Shown: positions 49,401-61,400 of the stretch, one piece after another
Layout of the letters: each line of letters opens with the position of its first letter
Numbering within the stretch: the stretch's first letter is position 1
Origin: Bilabrum cf. latius
Lineage: Eukaryota
Length of the DNA stretch: 64,000 nucleotides
Direction: 5' to 3'
Assembly: GCA_965178125.1 (NCBI GenBank)
Contig: OZ237741.1
Span: 868,001-932,000, forward strand
Translations under genes and position numbers: made by a program
Notes under the pieces: generated by a model
What the model was told of the DNA's origin: nothing
Databases searched by the model: none
Seen by the model: only the letters and a program-made list of their open reading frames with translations

Positions 49401-52400
49401 TGCGGATGGTCACCAGGAACTCCATCACGGTGGCACCGGCCGGGGCGCTGCCATCCGAGGCACTGATATTGATGGCCATGTACCCACGCTAAAACTCGTG
49501 ATCCAGGTCGGGTTTCTCGCCTCCCTGTTCCGCATCGTTCACCTGCAGCAGCCCGGTGGTGGAGTCTAGCACGAAGGGAGCCGTGTGGCCGGCCCTCGTG
49601 GCATCCTGTGACACGATGCTGTACGTCACACCTGAGCCAGTCCCAGACTCGGGGTCGTTGGCACGAACGGTACCGACTGAGGTGCGAGCAGCGGCAGAAG
49701 CAGACTCGGAGTTCTCGTTGACACCCAGAGCACCCTGCCTGGCAGTCGTGAATACTGGGGGCTCGTCCACATTCGCCACAGTGATGATCACCTCACGATG
49801 CACCTCAAACTCCGTGTCGTACACTGTGATGTTGGCACCAAGCGTGGGCTGCGTCTCCGTGTCCAGCAATGGGCCGATGGAGCCTGCGGGAGGGGCGGCC
49901 AGCGTGATCGTGCCAGTCTCCGTGTTGATGAGCAGCTTGCCTGCTGGGCTCTGCGAGTCGATGCGGAAGCGAGCCAGCTGCCCGCGATCGGGATCCGTGG
50001 CCACGATCCGGCCCACCTCGTCGCCGACACCGGCGTCCTCAAGCACGCTCAAAGCAGGCACGCCTGACTCGCCCGGCCAAGACACCACAGGACTCTCATT
50101 CACGTCCTCCAGCTCAATCACCACAAAGCCCTGAGCTGACGCAGAGGGGCTGTGGTCGTCCGATGCGATGAAGGGCACCAGCACCACGGGTCGGGTCTCG
50201 TAGTCCAGCATGACGCCTGACTTCAAGCGCACAGATCCATTGCCAAACACGCTGAACTGGCTGGACTGGTAGCCCGACCCGGCCGCCAGAGACACAGTCT
50301 GCCCCGCGTCCTAGTCCACGATGGCAAGAGTGCCCACGCTGCGATCTGCGCCGGTCTGGCCCTGCTGTCCGAAAGTCTCCAGGATCTTCACGGTCATGTT
50401 GTTGGCAACTGGAGGCTCGTTCATGTCGTTCAGGGCCACGGTGATGGTGGCCTCCGTGTACGCCACCACCACGTCGGAGCCATCCTGCTCCTCCACGTTC
50501 GCGGCTCGCACCACGATGCGCCACGTGGGAGTCTGCTCGAAATCAAGCGGGCTCGGCGTCGTGGTTCCGGCGGTCAGCTGCCCGCTGGACGAGATCTGGA
50601 AGGCGTTGTTGGCGTTGCCCAGCTCGATGGACCACACGATGTCGTCGCCCTCAGGGTCCGTGGCAGTCAGAGCAGGTCCAACATTGGTGCCAGCAGCGGC
50701 ATTCTCGTTGATGGATCGCGACTGTGCCGCAAACTCCGGGGGCTCATTCCTGTCGAGTACAGTCACAGTCACCGTGAATGTGGCGGCCGCGTCAGTGTCG
50801 CCCTCGGTCATCGCACGCATGCCCAGGGTGAAGGTGCGTGTCCCGCTCTCGTAGTCGATTGCACTGGGCGTGGCCACACGAAGCTGCCCAGTGCAGCTAG
50901 ACACACGGAATGCGTCGCCCGTGTTGCCCGACACGATCTCGAACTGCACCTCGAGACCAGCAGCGGCCGTGGCAACAAGCGGGTCTCCAACCGCAGTGTT
51001 CTCTAGACTCTCCTCGAGGATCTCACGGGCCTGGTTAGACACGGTTGGGAGCGCATAACCGCAGCCTATCGCCGTCCCACCCCACGCACCGTTCGTCTGG
51101 CACGTGCGAGACACATCGCCACGGGCCACAAATGGTGATTGGCAAGCGAACGTGCAGGTCTCGCCAGCTGCCATCTCGTCGCATCCATCATCACAATCAG
51201 CGTCTACCAGCTTGATCTTGAGGTCACGGAAGCGGGCGGGCGCTCCAGGAGTATCCATGTACACACCAGCACCACCTGACGGCAGGGCATCAGCCGATCC
51301 ATCCCGCACGTCGCACCGCCTGGTCCCATCCAGGTACACCTGGAAGCGATTGCCCTCGGCTCGCACGCGCAGGTCCTGCCACGTGTTGGTCTTGATCACA
51401 GAGCTGGCCAGCTGCGTGTTACAGATAGCACCACGCAGCTCTCCTGCTGCCCTCCTCTGCACCCGGATGCGCCTGTCGGACCAGTCGATCACCACCAGGT
51501 AGTGGTCAGCCATAGCCTTGTTGTACGGATCGTTCTTGTCAAACTGAGTGCGGATCACAAATCCAGCAGATCCCGTGTTGCCATACACATCAGCAGACAC
51601 GTCGAGCGGGAAATTCTTGGATTCCCAGCCCTGATCCATCGTCACGAGGTAGTTGTCGGCCCGCTGCAGAGTCGAGCACGAATCGCCGCGGTTCAGACTC
51701 AGGTAGCCGCCGTTCACACGCCATTGCTGGATGGAAGCACTCCACCCGGTTGTGGACCCGCGCCACGGCAGAGCTACCAGTCTGTCTGAGCCTCCACCGC
51801 GCGTGGCAGTGCCGGACCGGAAGTTCTCGTCGATGTAGGACCGCTCGCACCCAGCTGACCGTGCTGCGGTGAGCTTGGGACAGCTCCGCGCACAGGACAG
51901 GGGCGCGCCGTCCCACAGACCGAAATTGGTGCAGGTGCGCGAGGACTGGCCGCGAATAGGGATGAAGTTGGAGTTGCAGTTGAACTGGCACTGCTGGGAG
52001 GTGCGGCCACCAATACAGCGACTGCTAGTCACTCGGGTAGCGCTGCCGTAGCCCCAGGCACTTCCGTCGCCCGAGATGCTGGGACACGTGGTGGTGCTAC
52101 TTGAGATCCTGTACTTGGTTAGCAGGGACTGCTCCACCTCTCTGTGGTCTGCATCGCTCAGCCCTCGATCGTGCACCTACATCTCGTACAGTAGACCTTC
52201 CTGGCCGCCATCGAAGAGGCGCGAGATGTGGTACATGTAGGGCGATCCATCGGTGAAGCCTGCCCGGTTGCCGTCGTAGAACTGCACGCCGTCCATGGAC
52301 AGACGAAGGCGAGAGTTCCTGTTGCTGTTGTGTGGGTTCACACGCATGGAAAGCACGATGGGCTTGTCGTTGACAGCGCGGGTGGACGAGGCCACAGTCC

Positions 52401-54737
52401 GCGACGCCTACATGGGTTGGCTCACTCCGATCCCGGCCGTGATTACAGCCGATGAAGTGTACCCGATGGAGGAGGATCTAGGTTGCCCGTCAATGTAGAT
52501 GTTGTCTAGCTGGATGCTCTCCGAGCAGCAATTAATTGTGATTCGGAACTGCACTCGAAGCTGTGTTGCGGTGGAAGGCACGTTGAAGCTGTACTGCCTC
52601 CAGGATCCATCGTCGCAAATCCGGTGGTGGCGAGTGTACGAGCTGCCACCATTGTAGCTGGCCCATGCCTCCACGCAGTCACTTGAATCCATGCTACTGC
52701 GTTGGTAGACCAAATAATAGGATGCAATGAATCCACTAGTGGACCAAGCAAGAGCCATGCAGCAAGGATTCGCTCAGTGCGCAGTCTTACTTGAATCGGT
52801 ATAGGCTGTAACGAACACCCACATTCTGAAATCCTGCGACATTGATATTCCTCAGCGTTAGGTATACCCAGCCATTGGTATCCCTTGCATAGAACCGACT
52901 GTTGGACACCTACGCCCAGTCGCCGCTCCTAAAATTGGCCCCATGACGCGAGAGAGTGAAGCGAGACGAGAACTGGTTTGAATTGCGAAGTGAGTTCGAG
53001 TTGACATACCCAGACCCGCTAGAGATACTCGAGAACTGCTCCGTGAGCAGGCGCACTGTGCCGGTCCTCCTTTGAGGGCCCATGAGGATCGAGCCAGTCT
53101 CCTGCTTCGGGTCCATCACCATGTACAGCGACATGCCAGTGATGCGGGGATCGAGGTAGTAGGCGCCAAACATGTCTAGTAGGTCACTGCTGATGAAGCT
53201 GATGACTTTCTGCCCCGTCCAGCGGCTGCGGACCACATTGGGGTACTGAGAGCTTGAGGCAGCCCAGGCGTGGTTGTTGTAGCCGCTGATGTCGCGCCAC
53301 CGCCTGATGGCGGTGTTGATATTGCTCTGCTTGAAAGACTCGGACGTCAGGTGCATCTTGAGCGAGGAGGACGACTTGGGCAGCGTGCGGTCGCAGGTGT
53401 TGTCAAGCAGCCGGAGAGAATCGATGCGGTAGTAGCTGCGGGGGACCTCGGGTGGCAAAAGCGGAGAGGGCAGGCATGGGCACAACAGCAATGCAAGGCT
53501 ACTGTTGCAAAGAGATAGAGATACAGTGATCAAGTCCTCGATACGAACGGTGGATGCACCTTAAGAATCACCCTCACTTGTTCTGCTGGCCACAGCTCGA
53601 GAAGCCGATGTTGCCGGCACCGAGCGGATTCGGGTCCGTGTACTCGAGCGCGGTGATGTAGGTCGAGCCAGAGTGCCTGATCTCGAACTTGATGTAGCCC
53701 TGAATGTACGTCAGACGAACACGGAAGAACGTGCGGATGGGGTAACGGTATGAGTTGGAAGCTGCAGTCTTCTGCAGGTACGAGTTCGTAGTGTCTTCAC
53801 GCCGGACAAGCTGAATGCACCTCAATCCGTAATTGTACGAAATCTCATACAGGCTGCTTGCTGCCGAGCCTGTACCTCCAGAGTGCGACCATACCACGCC
53901 GAATGCGTCGTTGTCATCAGACCGAAGGGTGAATTCAGCAACGAAGTCACCAAGAACGCCGAGGCTGCGATTGAATAAAGAGACCCCAGCAATGTGATGC
54001 TTCAGCAATGAGCAAAAGAGGGCGTTTAAACTCCTTCACGACGAAACAAGCAAGGACGCGCATACCGTCACCGAGAACTCACCGCTGCATTAGGTACATA
54101 GCGCCGCCTCCGCACGAGTGGCATCGATTCTGCGTGTTCAGAATTGTCCCAGTCCATCGCGCGTAACAGTTTGCGCGCTGGTAGATGTAGGAGCCCGATC
54201 GGCTCCAAGATCCTGGACAAGAGTTTTGATGGCTGCCAACGGTGATCGCCCGGGCATCCGCCTGAACAGCGCTACTTCCATAATTGTCGCGAATGTTTAG
54301 CCGATTCGAGTCGCATTCTCTCAGACAGACCCCTCCACAATCAACACCGTACTCTGCGTATCAAGTAGTCCTCGAACATACGGACAGTGTCTTGGGTGGT
54401 GGTTTGGCACGTGCTCGAACTAAATCTCACGCCAAACGCACGGACACGCAAATAACATGGCCAATTTCACCACAATTAACCCCAAATAATACCTTACCCA
54501 TAATGTCCTTTAGCCCATTTGAGCACGATGCATTAACTGCGCCAGGAAGAGCAGATAATGCGATCAGAATGCGATGCAGACAATCGTGCAGCACTGCGGC
54601 AACCCTCGGGCTTTTTCACCATACACCAACATAGGCTGTTACATCAATGTTGAAATCATGGCGAGCTCACTTGGTACGAAACAAGATAGGAGCGCAAGGA
54701 CAGCAAAAATGCGGTCCATGCCGATACCAAACACCAT
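40408..54737 (-). CDS. Giant cadherin-repeat surface protein with ~9-TM C-terminus (nonagonal-cadherin-like), copy B, ~4,565 aa
   Basis: Inferred exons 54737-54671, 54536-54498, 54353-54083, 53964-53578, 53435-52791, 52696-40408 (13,698 nt, in phase). Same intron positions and domain order as copy A; signal peptide MVFGIGMDRIFAVLALLSCFVPINA; 7 in-frame TAGs; ends TGA. Confidence 0.88.
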
Positions 54738-55445
54738 GGTGCGATCGCAAGTTGACAAATTCGACGTAGTTCACGTACAATCTAGAGCACTGGCACGGAT
54801 TGTCCGAGTACTAAAAGGTTCGACTCAGAGCGACACCCTTGCGGTGGGAAAGATGCGCTCAAACGTCGCTTGGAAGTGCGACAGGGAAACTTTCCGTGCA
54901 TTGCCGAGGCCGACATCCATCGAAAATCTTCATCATTTCAATTTTGGCAAACTGCACTGCACTGTGAGATTTGGTCGCGTTGACTTCCGCATGGCCTAGG
55001 CCGCCACGGGCTGCGAAATGGTTGAGAATAACACTGAATACGGGCCTCCAAACTTGAGCCTTCTGCGCAGTCATGAGGTTTGGCCGAAGAATGAAGCCTT
55101 GACACGGATGCGAGCTGCCCTGCACGGCCGCATTGCAGGCTGGTCGAAGTATGAATGAGGGGTAAGCATAGCAAAAATTATGGGAGCATTCCATCACGCG
55201 AACCACAAGTTCTCTTCTGAAGGGTGTTTGGTGGCACAACTGGCATTCAGCGACGCACTGCCCCCAGCCAGTGTGCTGCAGTGCCGTTGTTGCGACCAAC
55301 CGATCCACTTCAGCTATTGTTGCGATCAACACACTGCTGGGAGACCAGCGTGAAGCCCAAGAATCATATACTCCTTGAATTCATTCACTATCGTGGTTTC
55401 AGACTACTCTCATATCTTGGTGGAGCTGTTTTAGTAGAACTGCCC

Positions 55446-58400
55446 ATGGCCTCGAATGCGGCCACATCGTAGAAGCCGGCACCGCCACCAAAAGTAGCGA
55501 AGCCACGCCGCCCGTCGCAGCCAAGGCGCACAAGAAGGACAAGTTGGGCAGCTGGTGGTAGTGCAGGCCGCCTTGGTCACCTGAAGGAGTTTGCACGTGA
55601 CCGAGCAGACTAGCATGGCACAGAATATGAGACCGTGGGGTTCTCAAACTCTATAGCCTCGCCGACAGCGGATGTTCAATTTAACTAGAGTGCAACCTCC
55701 AGTCAGAGCAGAGTCAACCGATCAGGTTCCAAAGGAATTGACGCGTAGAAAGTTGCGGAATATGGCATCATCGACGGGTCGGAGAGAAGGCACGACGCTT
55801 CGGCGGCAAATCAATTCTTTGCTAGCGATTCGAGCGTAGGAATATCTCCTATTGGTGGTACTAGGCCGCGGGATGCTCGTAGTCGAGCTGAACATGCCAT
55901 GAAAGTGTTTGGCGACGCAGTTGCACGTTTGCATCGTGAGAAAGGTAGGCGTCATTCGTTTGGTGCTGGGACAGCGACAGCAAACTAGCTGTCAAGACAA
56001 CATGATTTAAACGAACATTTGCAAGTGACAGCTCTTGGATAGAGTAGGCACGCAGAGAGCGAGCAAGTCCGCAGGTTTGGACCGAGCCATGCGTGGGGCG
56101 GTCACGACGTACCCGAACGCAGGGCAGCTGGCGAAGGGGCACAGTCTCAGGCTTCGAGTAAGTCCAGCAGTAGCAAAATTTTGCCAACCATGAGCTTCAA
56201 TGGCGGACGGGGATCCTCCAACGGAGGCTCGCGCGAGATAGCCTCGGAATCGAAGCACGATGTAAACCGGTCCAGCCCGAGCCCCATCCCAGCTGCTGTC
56301 CCAATTAGACTCGAATAGTCTGCACTAGGAATGCGATCCGATCAAGAGATGGGCCACTTACCTGTCAATGCCCAGAGAAGGCGAATCTCTGAGCTCTCTT
56401 AGGATTCGGCCGTGGAAGAGCTCCGCGCAGCTGAGGCCGCCATCCTGTCTTCACGATCCATTCACGGCGCGGCAGGGGCCTCGAAGGTTCCGTTCGGTTA
56501 GAACTCGCAGAACGGAGCAAGCGTTGCCGAGTCCAAAGGAATAGGCTTGTTGGGCACAGGTCGCGATGGTTTCGGTACGGGGACTGGCGCTGGAGGTCCA
56601 CCAATTGGTACGAGTGCAGGTTCAGGTGCTGGCGGCGGCACAGGCGGAGAGAAAGCAGGCACTGGGGTAGGGATGGGAAAGAACAGGCCGCACATCTTTG
56701 AAGTCGTGCAAATGGCGGTCGAGGCAGATCGCAGGAAGTGCACGCCGGCAGCTGCGGTGTGTCCCTGCTACCTGTGGGCCACCCCGCAGGTGCGAAAGAC
56801 GCTGATCGCAATCCAGGAGCACTGGCTCTATGTGACGCTGAACGTGTCCCTGACGGTGTTCTGCATCGTTGCACAGGATCTTCTCCTCGCTTTCTTTCCC
56901 AAGACGGTAGATCCTGCCTTTGAGATCGTGTACATCACTGCGTGCACGCTCTTTCTCATGGACACCATCATCGCGTCATCCCTCGACCGGCGCATCGTAG
57001 GTACGTTCTACTGGTTTCTTGACGTGGCTGCGGCTCTGTCTCTTCTTCTAGACGTGGAAGCGGTTTTCAACGCGCTTTTAGACCTCTTTGGGCAGTCTGA
57101 TGATGCGAGCGATTCGCTGAGTATCGTCAAGACCACGGTCCGAGCAGGGACCCGTGTCGGCAGGATCCTCAGGTTGCTTCGCGTTCTTCGGCTCATCCGG
57201 GTGTACTCCTGCGTGCGAAGCTGTCGCAAACTTGACCTACCAGGGCAGTGCTCAAGAGGTTTCTGGAGCTGCTGGCACGACGCCGGCGAATGCTGCATTG
57301 CGGCGTTTGTTGCGTAGGTGGTCATACATGGTGACGGCTCCGGCAGTGGAGACGGCGATGAAGATGGCGATGGTGGTGCTGATCCTAGCGCACCGGAGAC
57401 CAGAAGAGCTAGTTTTCAGGCAGTTGCCAGGCGAAGACGGAAGCGCAGGTCCTCAGCGGTGCTGGTCAAGGAGGGCCTGATTCCCGCGCGGAAGCCGACC
57501 TGCTGGGCTCTGTGCGCAAGGGGGTGTCGTGGGTGCTGCTCCAGTTGCATCTAGTGCTTTTTTTGCGTGGAAGTTAAGAAGGATGGACAGATCCGGAGAC
57601 GGCGACGGTCGAGTTTATTCGCGGGAAAGGGCGGGGAGAAGAGGCGCCGGCGGCGATCGAGCCTGCACGCAGACATTTCCCGCGGTTTGTCGCTCAAATC
57701 GGACTCGCAGCGGAGTGGAGGCATGAGCACTGTGCAGGCGGAGGAGGAACAAATAGGAGGAGATGGCGGGGCGGGGACGACGAGACGGCCCTTCTTCCAG
57801 TCTGGCATCCAGGGTGACTTCGTGCTGGAGCACTCGTTCCGGGAGGATGGCGCGCACGAAGGCGGCCAGGTGCCCTATGGCAGCTATGAGCAGAAATTCG
57901 ACGGGGCTGAGGTGCAGCAGCAGGCGGGCAACGGGCGGATGTTTTCCGTGGCCCCATCTACGTCTGAAGCTGAGCAACCCAGGCTCGGCGTTTTCGGCCA
58001 GGTACCGTCGGCTTCTGCGACTTCGATGGAGGGCGAGGAGGATGATGTTGCTGCTCTCCCACTGTCGGCTGTCGAGGGGAAAGCTGTCTCCAGCGTACCA
58101 TTTTCTGCCGGGCAGTTGAGCGGGGGTGAAGCCCATAGCGCCGAGGGCAACTCGAACACGGATGGAAGCAACAGCGTGATCGACATGGACAAGCTGCGCG
58201 GTGGCAGATCACGGACACGCTCCGACACGGTAGATGGATCAGTCACTGACGCAGGCTCAAGGGAAGCTAGCTTAATTGAGGAGCCGAGTAGTGCTGGTGC
58301 AGCGATTGTATCGCCGCGGAGCCCCGGCAGCAGGAGCAGCTCGAAGTTGTCTGGCAGCTTGGTAGAAGGCGTGATCAGGCAGGCTGGTGCTGGTAGACAG

Positions 58401-61400
58401 CACAGCACCGGACAAGTATTTGGGCCTGATTCCGGGAGTGATGTAGAGCGTCGCCAGTCGCAGGGCACATCTATTCGCTCTAGAAGACGGTATGCGGGCC
58501 GGGCGCCCGCAGTTATGCGCAATCCAAGCATGCGGAGCGTGGCGTTCAGCAGTGCTGGGCAGTCGGTGGCACTGGATACAGGAGAGGGAGAGCTAGGCTC
58601 TCCGTTTCTCTCCCCATAGTAGTTGTCGTCTGGGGTGCCTGGATCGACAGGCAGGCATGACTCTGACTCGAAGGGACCACGGCCGAGAATTCGCACCCTT
58701 GGCGATGACGGCTCTGACGTAGCGTCGCAGTCGGGAGGGCCCTCAGTCCCTTCTTCTCCTTCGAAATCAAAGCACATTCGTAGCTCCGGGGGCTCAACGC
58801 AGCTGGCTCTCGCAGGGCGGGGTACATGCCCGCGAAAGCGACATAGCGTGGCCGGCCATGGCGCTGAGCAGGCAGCGGCGGCGCGCGATGCCAGCCTTCT
58901 TGGCAGACCAGCTGGCCAAGCCGGGCTGGAAGGGGCTGCCAGGAACGCCCGTGCGAGTGACAGCGACATGGTTGTCGTGTCCAAAGCCGCGCTAGAGGAG
59001 GCCTTTGCAAGACAACAACAACAGATAAGGGCGCAAGTAGCGATGGAATTTGCCTCAAAGCGTGGTTTCGCTGGATTTCCTGCCGGGATGGCAAGCACCC
59101 GCGTGCGTGGAACAAGGCGACCATCCACGCATAGCCAGCTCAAGAACCCAATGGCAAAATCCACGCGGTTTTCTGGCAGAGAACACCCGATACAGCAGCC
59201 GGCCATGAGGCGAGACAAGTGGAAACTCGCCAAGTCGGTGCTAGTCTCCAACGCTGCAAAGTCCACCAAGGCGACCGGCATCGCTGCGGCCTTCAAAGCT
59301 GCCATCAGCGCTGCCAAATCGGGCGGTTACCGTCCCGCATCAAAGCGCCACTCTGACAACGCGGGCACGATTCCGGCAATGCTAGCCGTTGCAAGGGGGG
59401 CCAGATCAAAGAGGACACCGTCTGGCTCGCGCGTGATGCCAGCTGGCATGGGAATTGCCAGCATCGGCCAAAGGAGAAACAGCAGCCCGTCAGCCCGAGA
59501 CGCCCAGCTTGCGGTGCAAGCCATGAAGTCGAGGCGCGCGCGACAATCTGGTCAATCAAGAGGACCCGAGCAGGTCGGATTCAGCAGCAAGCTCACGATC
59601 ACCAACCCTGCAGGCAGCCCTGCTCCCAAGCGAGCCGGCAGACGTCGAAGCGCGGACAGCGTTCCGAGCCCAGTCGGGTAGTCGCAGCGCCAGGTCGATC
59701 TAACCCAGAGCCGTTCGGGATCACGACGGTCTCCCAGCGACGACGTTGTTCACACCATGTTCAACACCGTGGCAGATGCTGGCAAGAGCAACAGGCTCTC
59801 CAGTGGCGACATTCGAAGCAGTGCTGGTAGGAGCAGCCGAGGCAACGGCCGCGCCAATCCTCCCATCTGGATCCGAACTGGCACTTCCAGTACTGACAAA
59901 CAACGAAGTATGGGTGCACAACCTTCTTCAGATGGAGAACATGCCAGAACTAGCTCTGTCGCGATGAGCTCAATTGCCGAGGAACATGTACCGACTGCTT
60001 AGGCAAAGCAAGAGCAAATCAAAGCAAGCCACGCATTGTCGAAGCCAGATACTAGCAGCAAGGGCATCCGTCGCCTGCGCGATAGGCCGCGGGCCTCGAA
60101 TGATGGCAGCGCCAAGCCGTCTGCATCGAGCTAGGGGGCTGTCGTGGCGGCTGGTTTGCCGAGCGAGGCCAGCATTGGTCGGCGCATGAACCGACCCGTT
60201 ACAGACGCAGACATGGCTGCGAGGCTTGCCATTGGGGATCGTGCTCCAAGTAATGTGTCATCGCTGCTTATGCAAGACTTGGGTGCATCCCAGGCGCTCG
60301 CTGGCTCTCTCCACGATGTTGATCAGCAGCTCAGCACGCCCGATATTAAGCCAAGGAAAGCCTCGGTACAGTCGATGCCTACGATGCGGGAACATGGATC
60401 TGGTAATGACAGCGCGAGCAAGCACGGGTCATCCAGCGTGTCGAGCAGGTCTTCCATGCAGCAAAAGCCCCTGCAAGGCAAGGTTTAGCTGACGCGATCT
60501 CTTCGTCAGTCTGACCACGCGGTGCGCTCCGTGCTCATGAAGCAGACCATTCCCATGAGTCGAATTGCGACAATGAGCCAGGGCTAGGTGGCTTCTTTGC
60601 CTGGGGTCATGTCTCCCAAGTTCGCCCGCTCTGCCACGTCTGGATTCGCAACAAAGGTGCTCAACGTTTCGAGGCGAAGCGCGGCGGAGGAACTGCAGCA
60701 AGCACTCATGGATGGATGCAGCTCCGATGAGAACGGCTCCAAGTCGACGTCGACCACTGCGAAGTCTTCTCAGAAAAAGTTTACTTACGGCAGGACCTCG
60801 CGAGGCAACGACGGAGGAACATCCACGAGCAGGGGCGGCGGAGGGGTCCCGAGGTCGGGCTCAGCGCTCGCCAGCATCCCGCGTGCATCCTCAGAAGATG
60901 CCTCCGGAGTGGAGGAACGCGACAACGGCAGAGTGTCCAGCATCTTGAGCCCCGTGAAGGAGCTTCACAGTCCGGTTGAGGGAGAGAGTGGGAGGCAAAT
61001 CGGATCTACTACAAATGGTGGTGACTTGTCCGGGCCCTCGTCTCCATCCAGGTTTCCTACGCGGCAGTCCACTGACGATACCCAGATGACGGAGCCTTCA
61101 CGGCGTCCATTTCAACTCTAGGGTGCAGGACTGGGTGGAAGCAGCAGGCTGGGCGCATTGTTGGAGAACGGCAACTCAGAAAGCGAGGAATCAACTGGGA
61201 AAACGGACACGTAGACGTCTCATGATGCGTCTGGTCATTCGAGCCGCCGTCGGTCAAGCCGCGCTGAACCGAGTGCTACTGCAGCAGGCGAAGCCCGGGG
61301 TGCATGGGCGGGTGGAAGCGAAGACTATGAAGATGAAGAGGAGAGAAAGGTCACCGGTGATTCTGGTGCTGACGAGGATCACACAGAGTACCACTCTGGC

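Larger units (their letters stand above)
40016..54737 (-). repeat. Right arm of ~15-kb inverted segmental duplication
   Basis: Mirror of 6008-20826; near-identical translated blocks in the ORF track (e.g. 41404-43926 vs 16866-19388). Confidence 0.97.

Noticed and set aside
6008-54737. Inverted arms as terminal inverted repeats of a giant transposon or endogenous virus (Polinton/virophage)
   Set aside because: The arms are intron-containing cellular genes and the spacer holds housekeeping genes; no integrase, polymerase, capsid or transposase motif and no GC shift were seen.
54760-54840. GGTTCGACTC near a CTA triplet, a possible suppressor tRNA(CUA)
   Set aside because: The flanks do not form a T-stem (AAAGG/CAGAG) and no cloverleaf spacing could be built.
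54859-55332. 157-aa minus-strand ORF and overlapping small ORFs between cadherin B and the voltage-sensor gene
   Set aside because: Non-ATG start, no motif and atypical composition; most likely divergent-promoter or UTR sequence.
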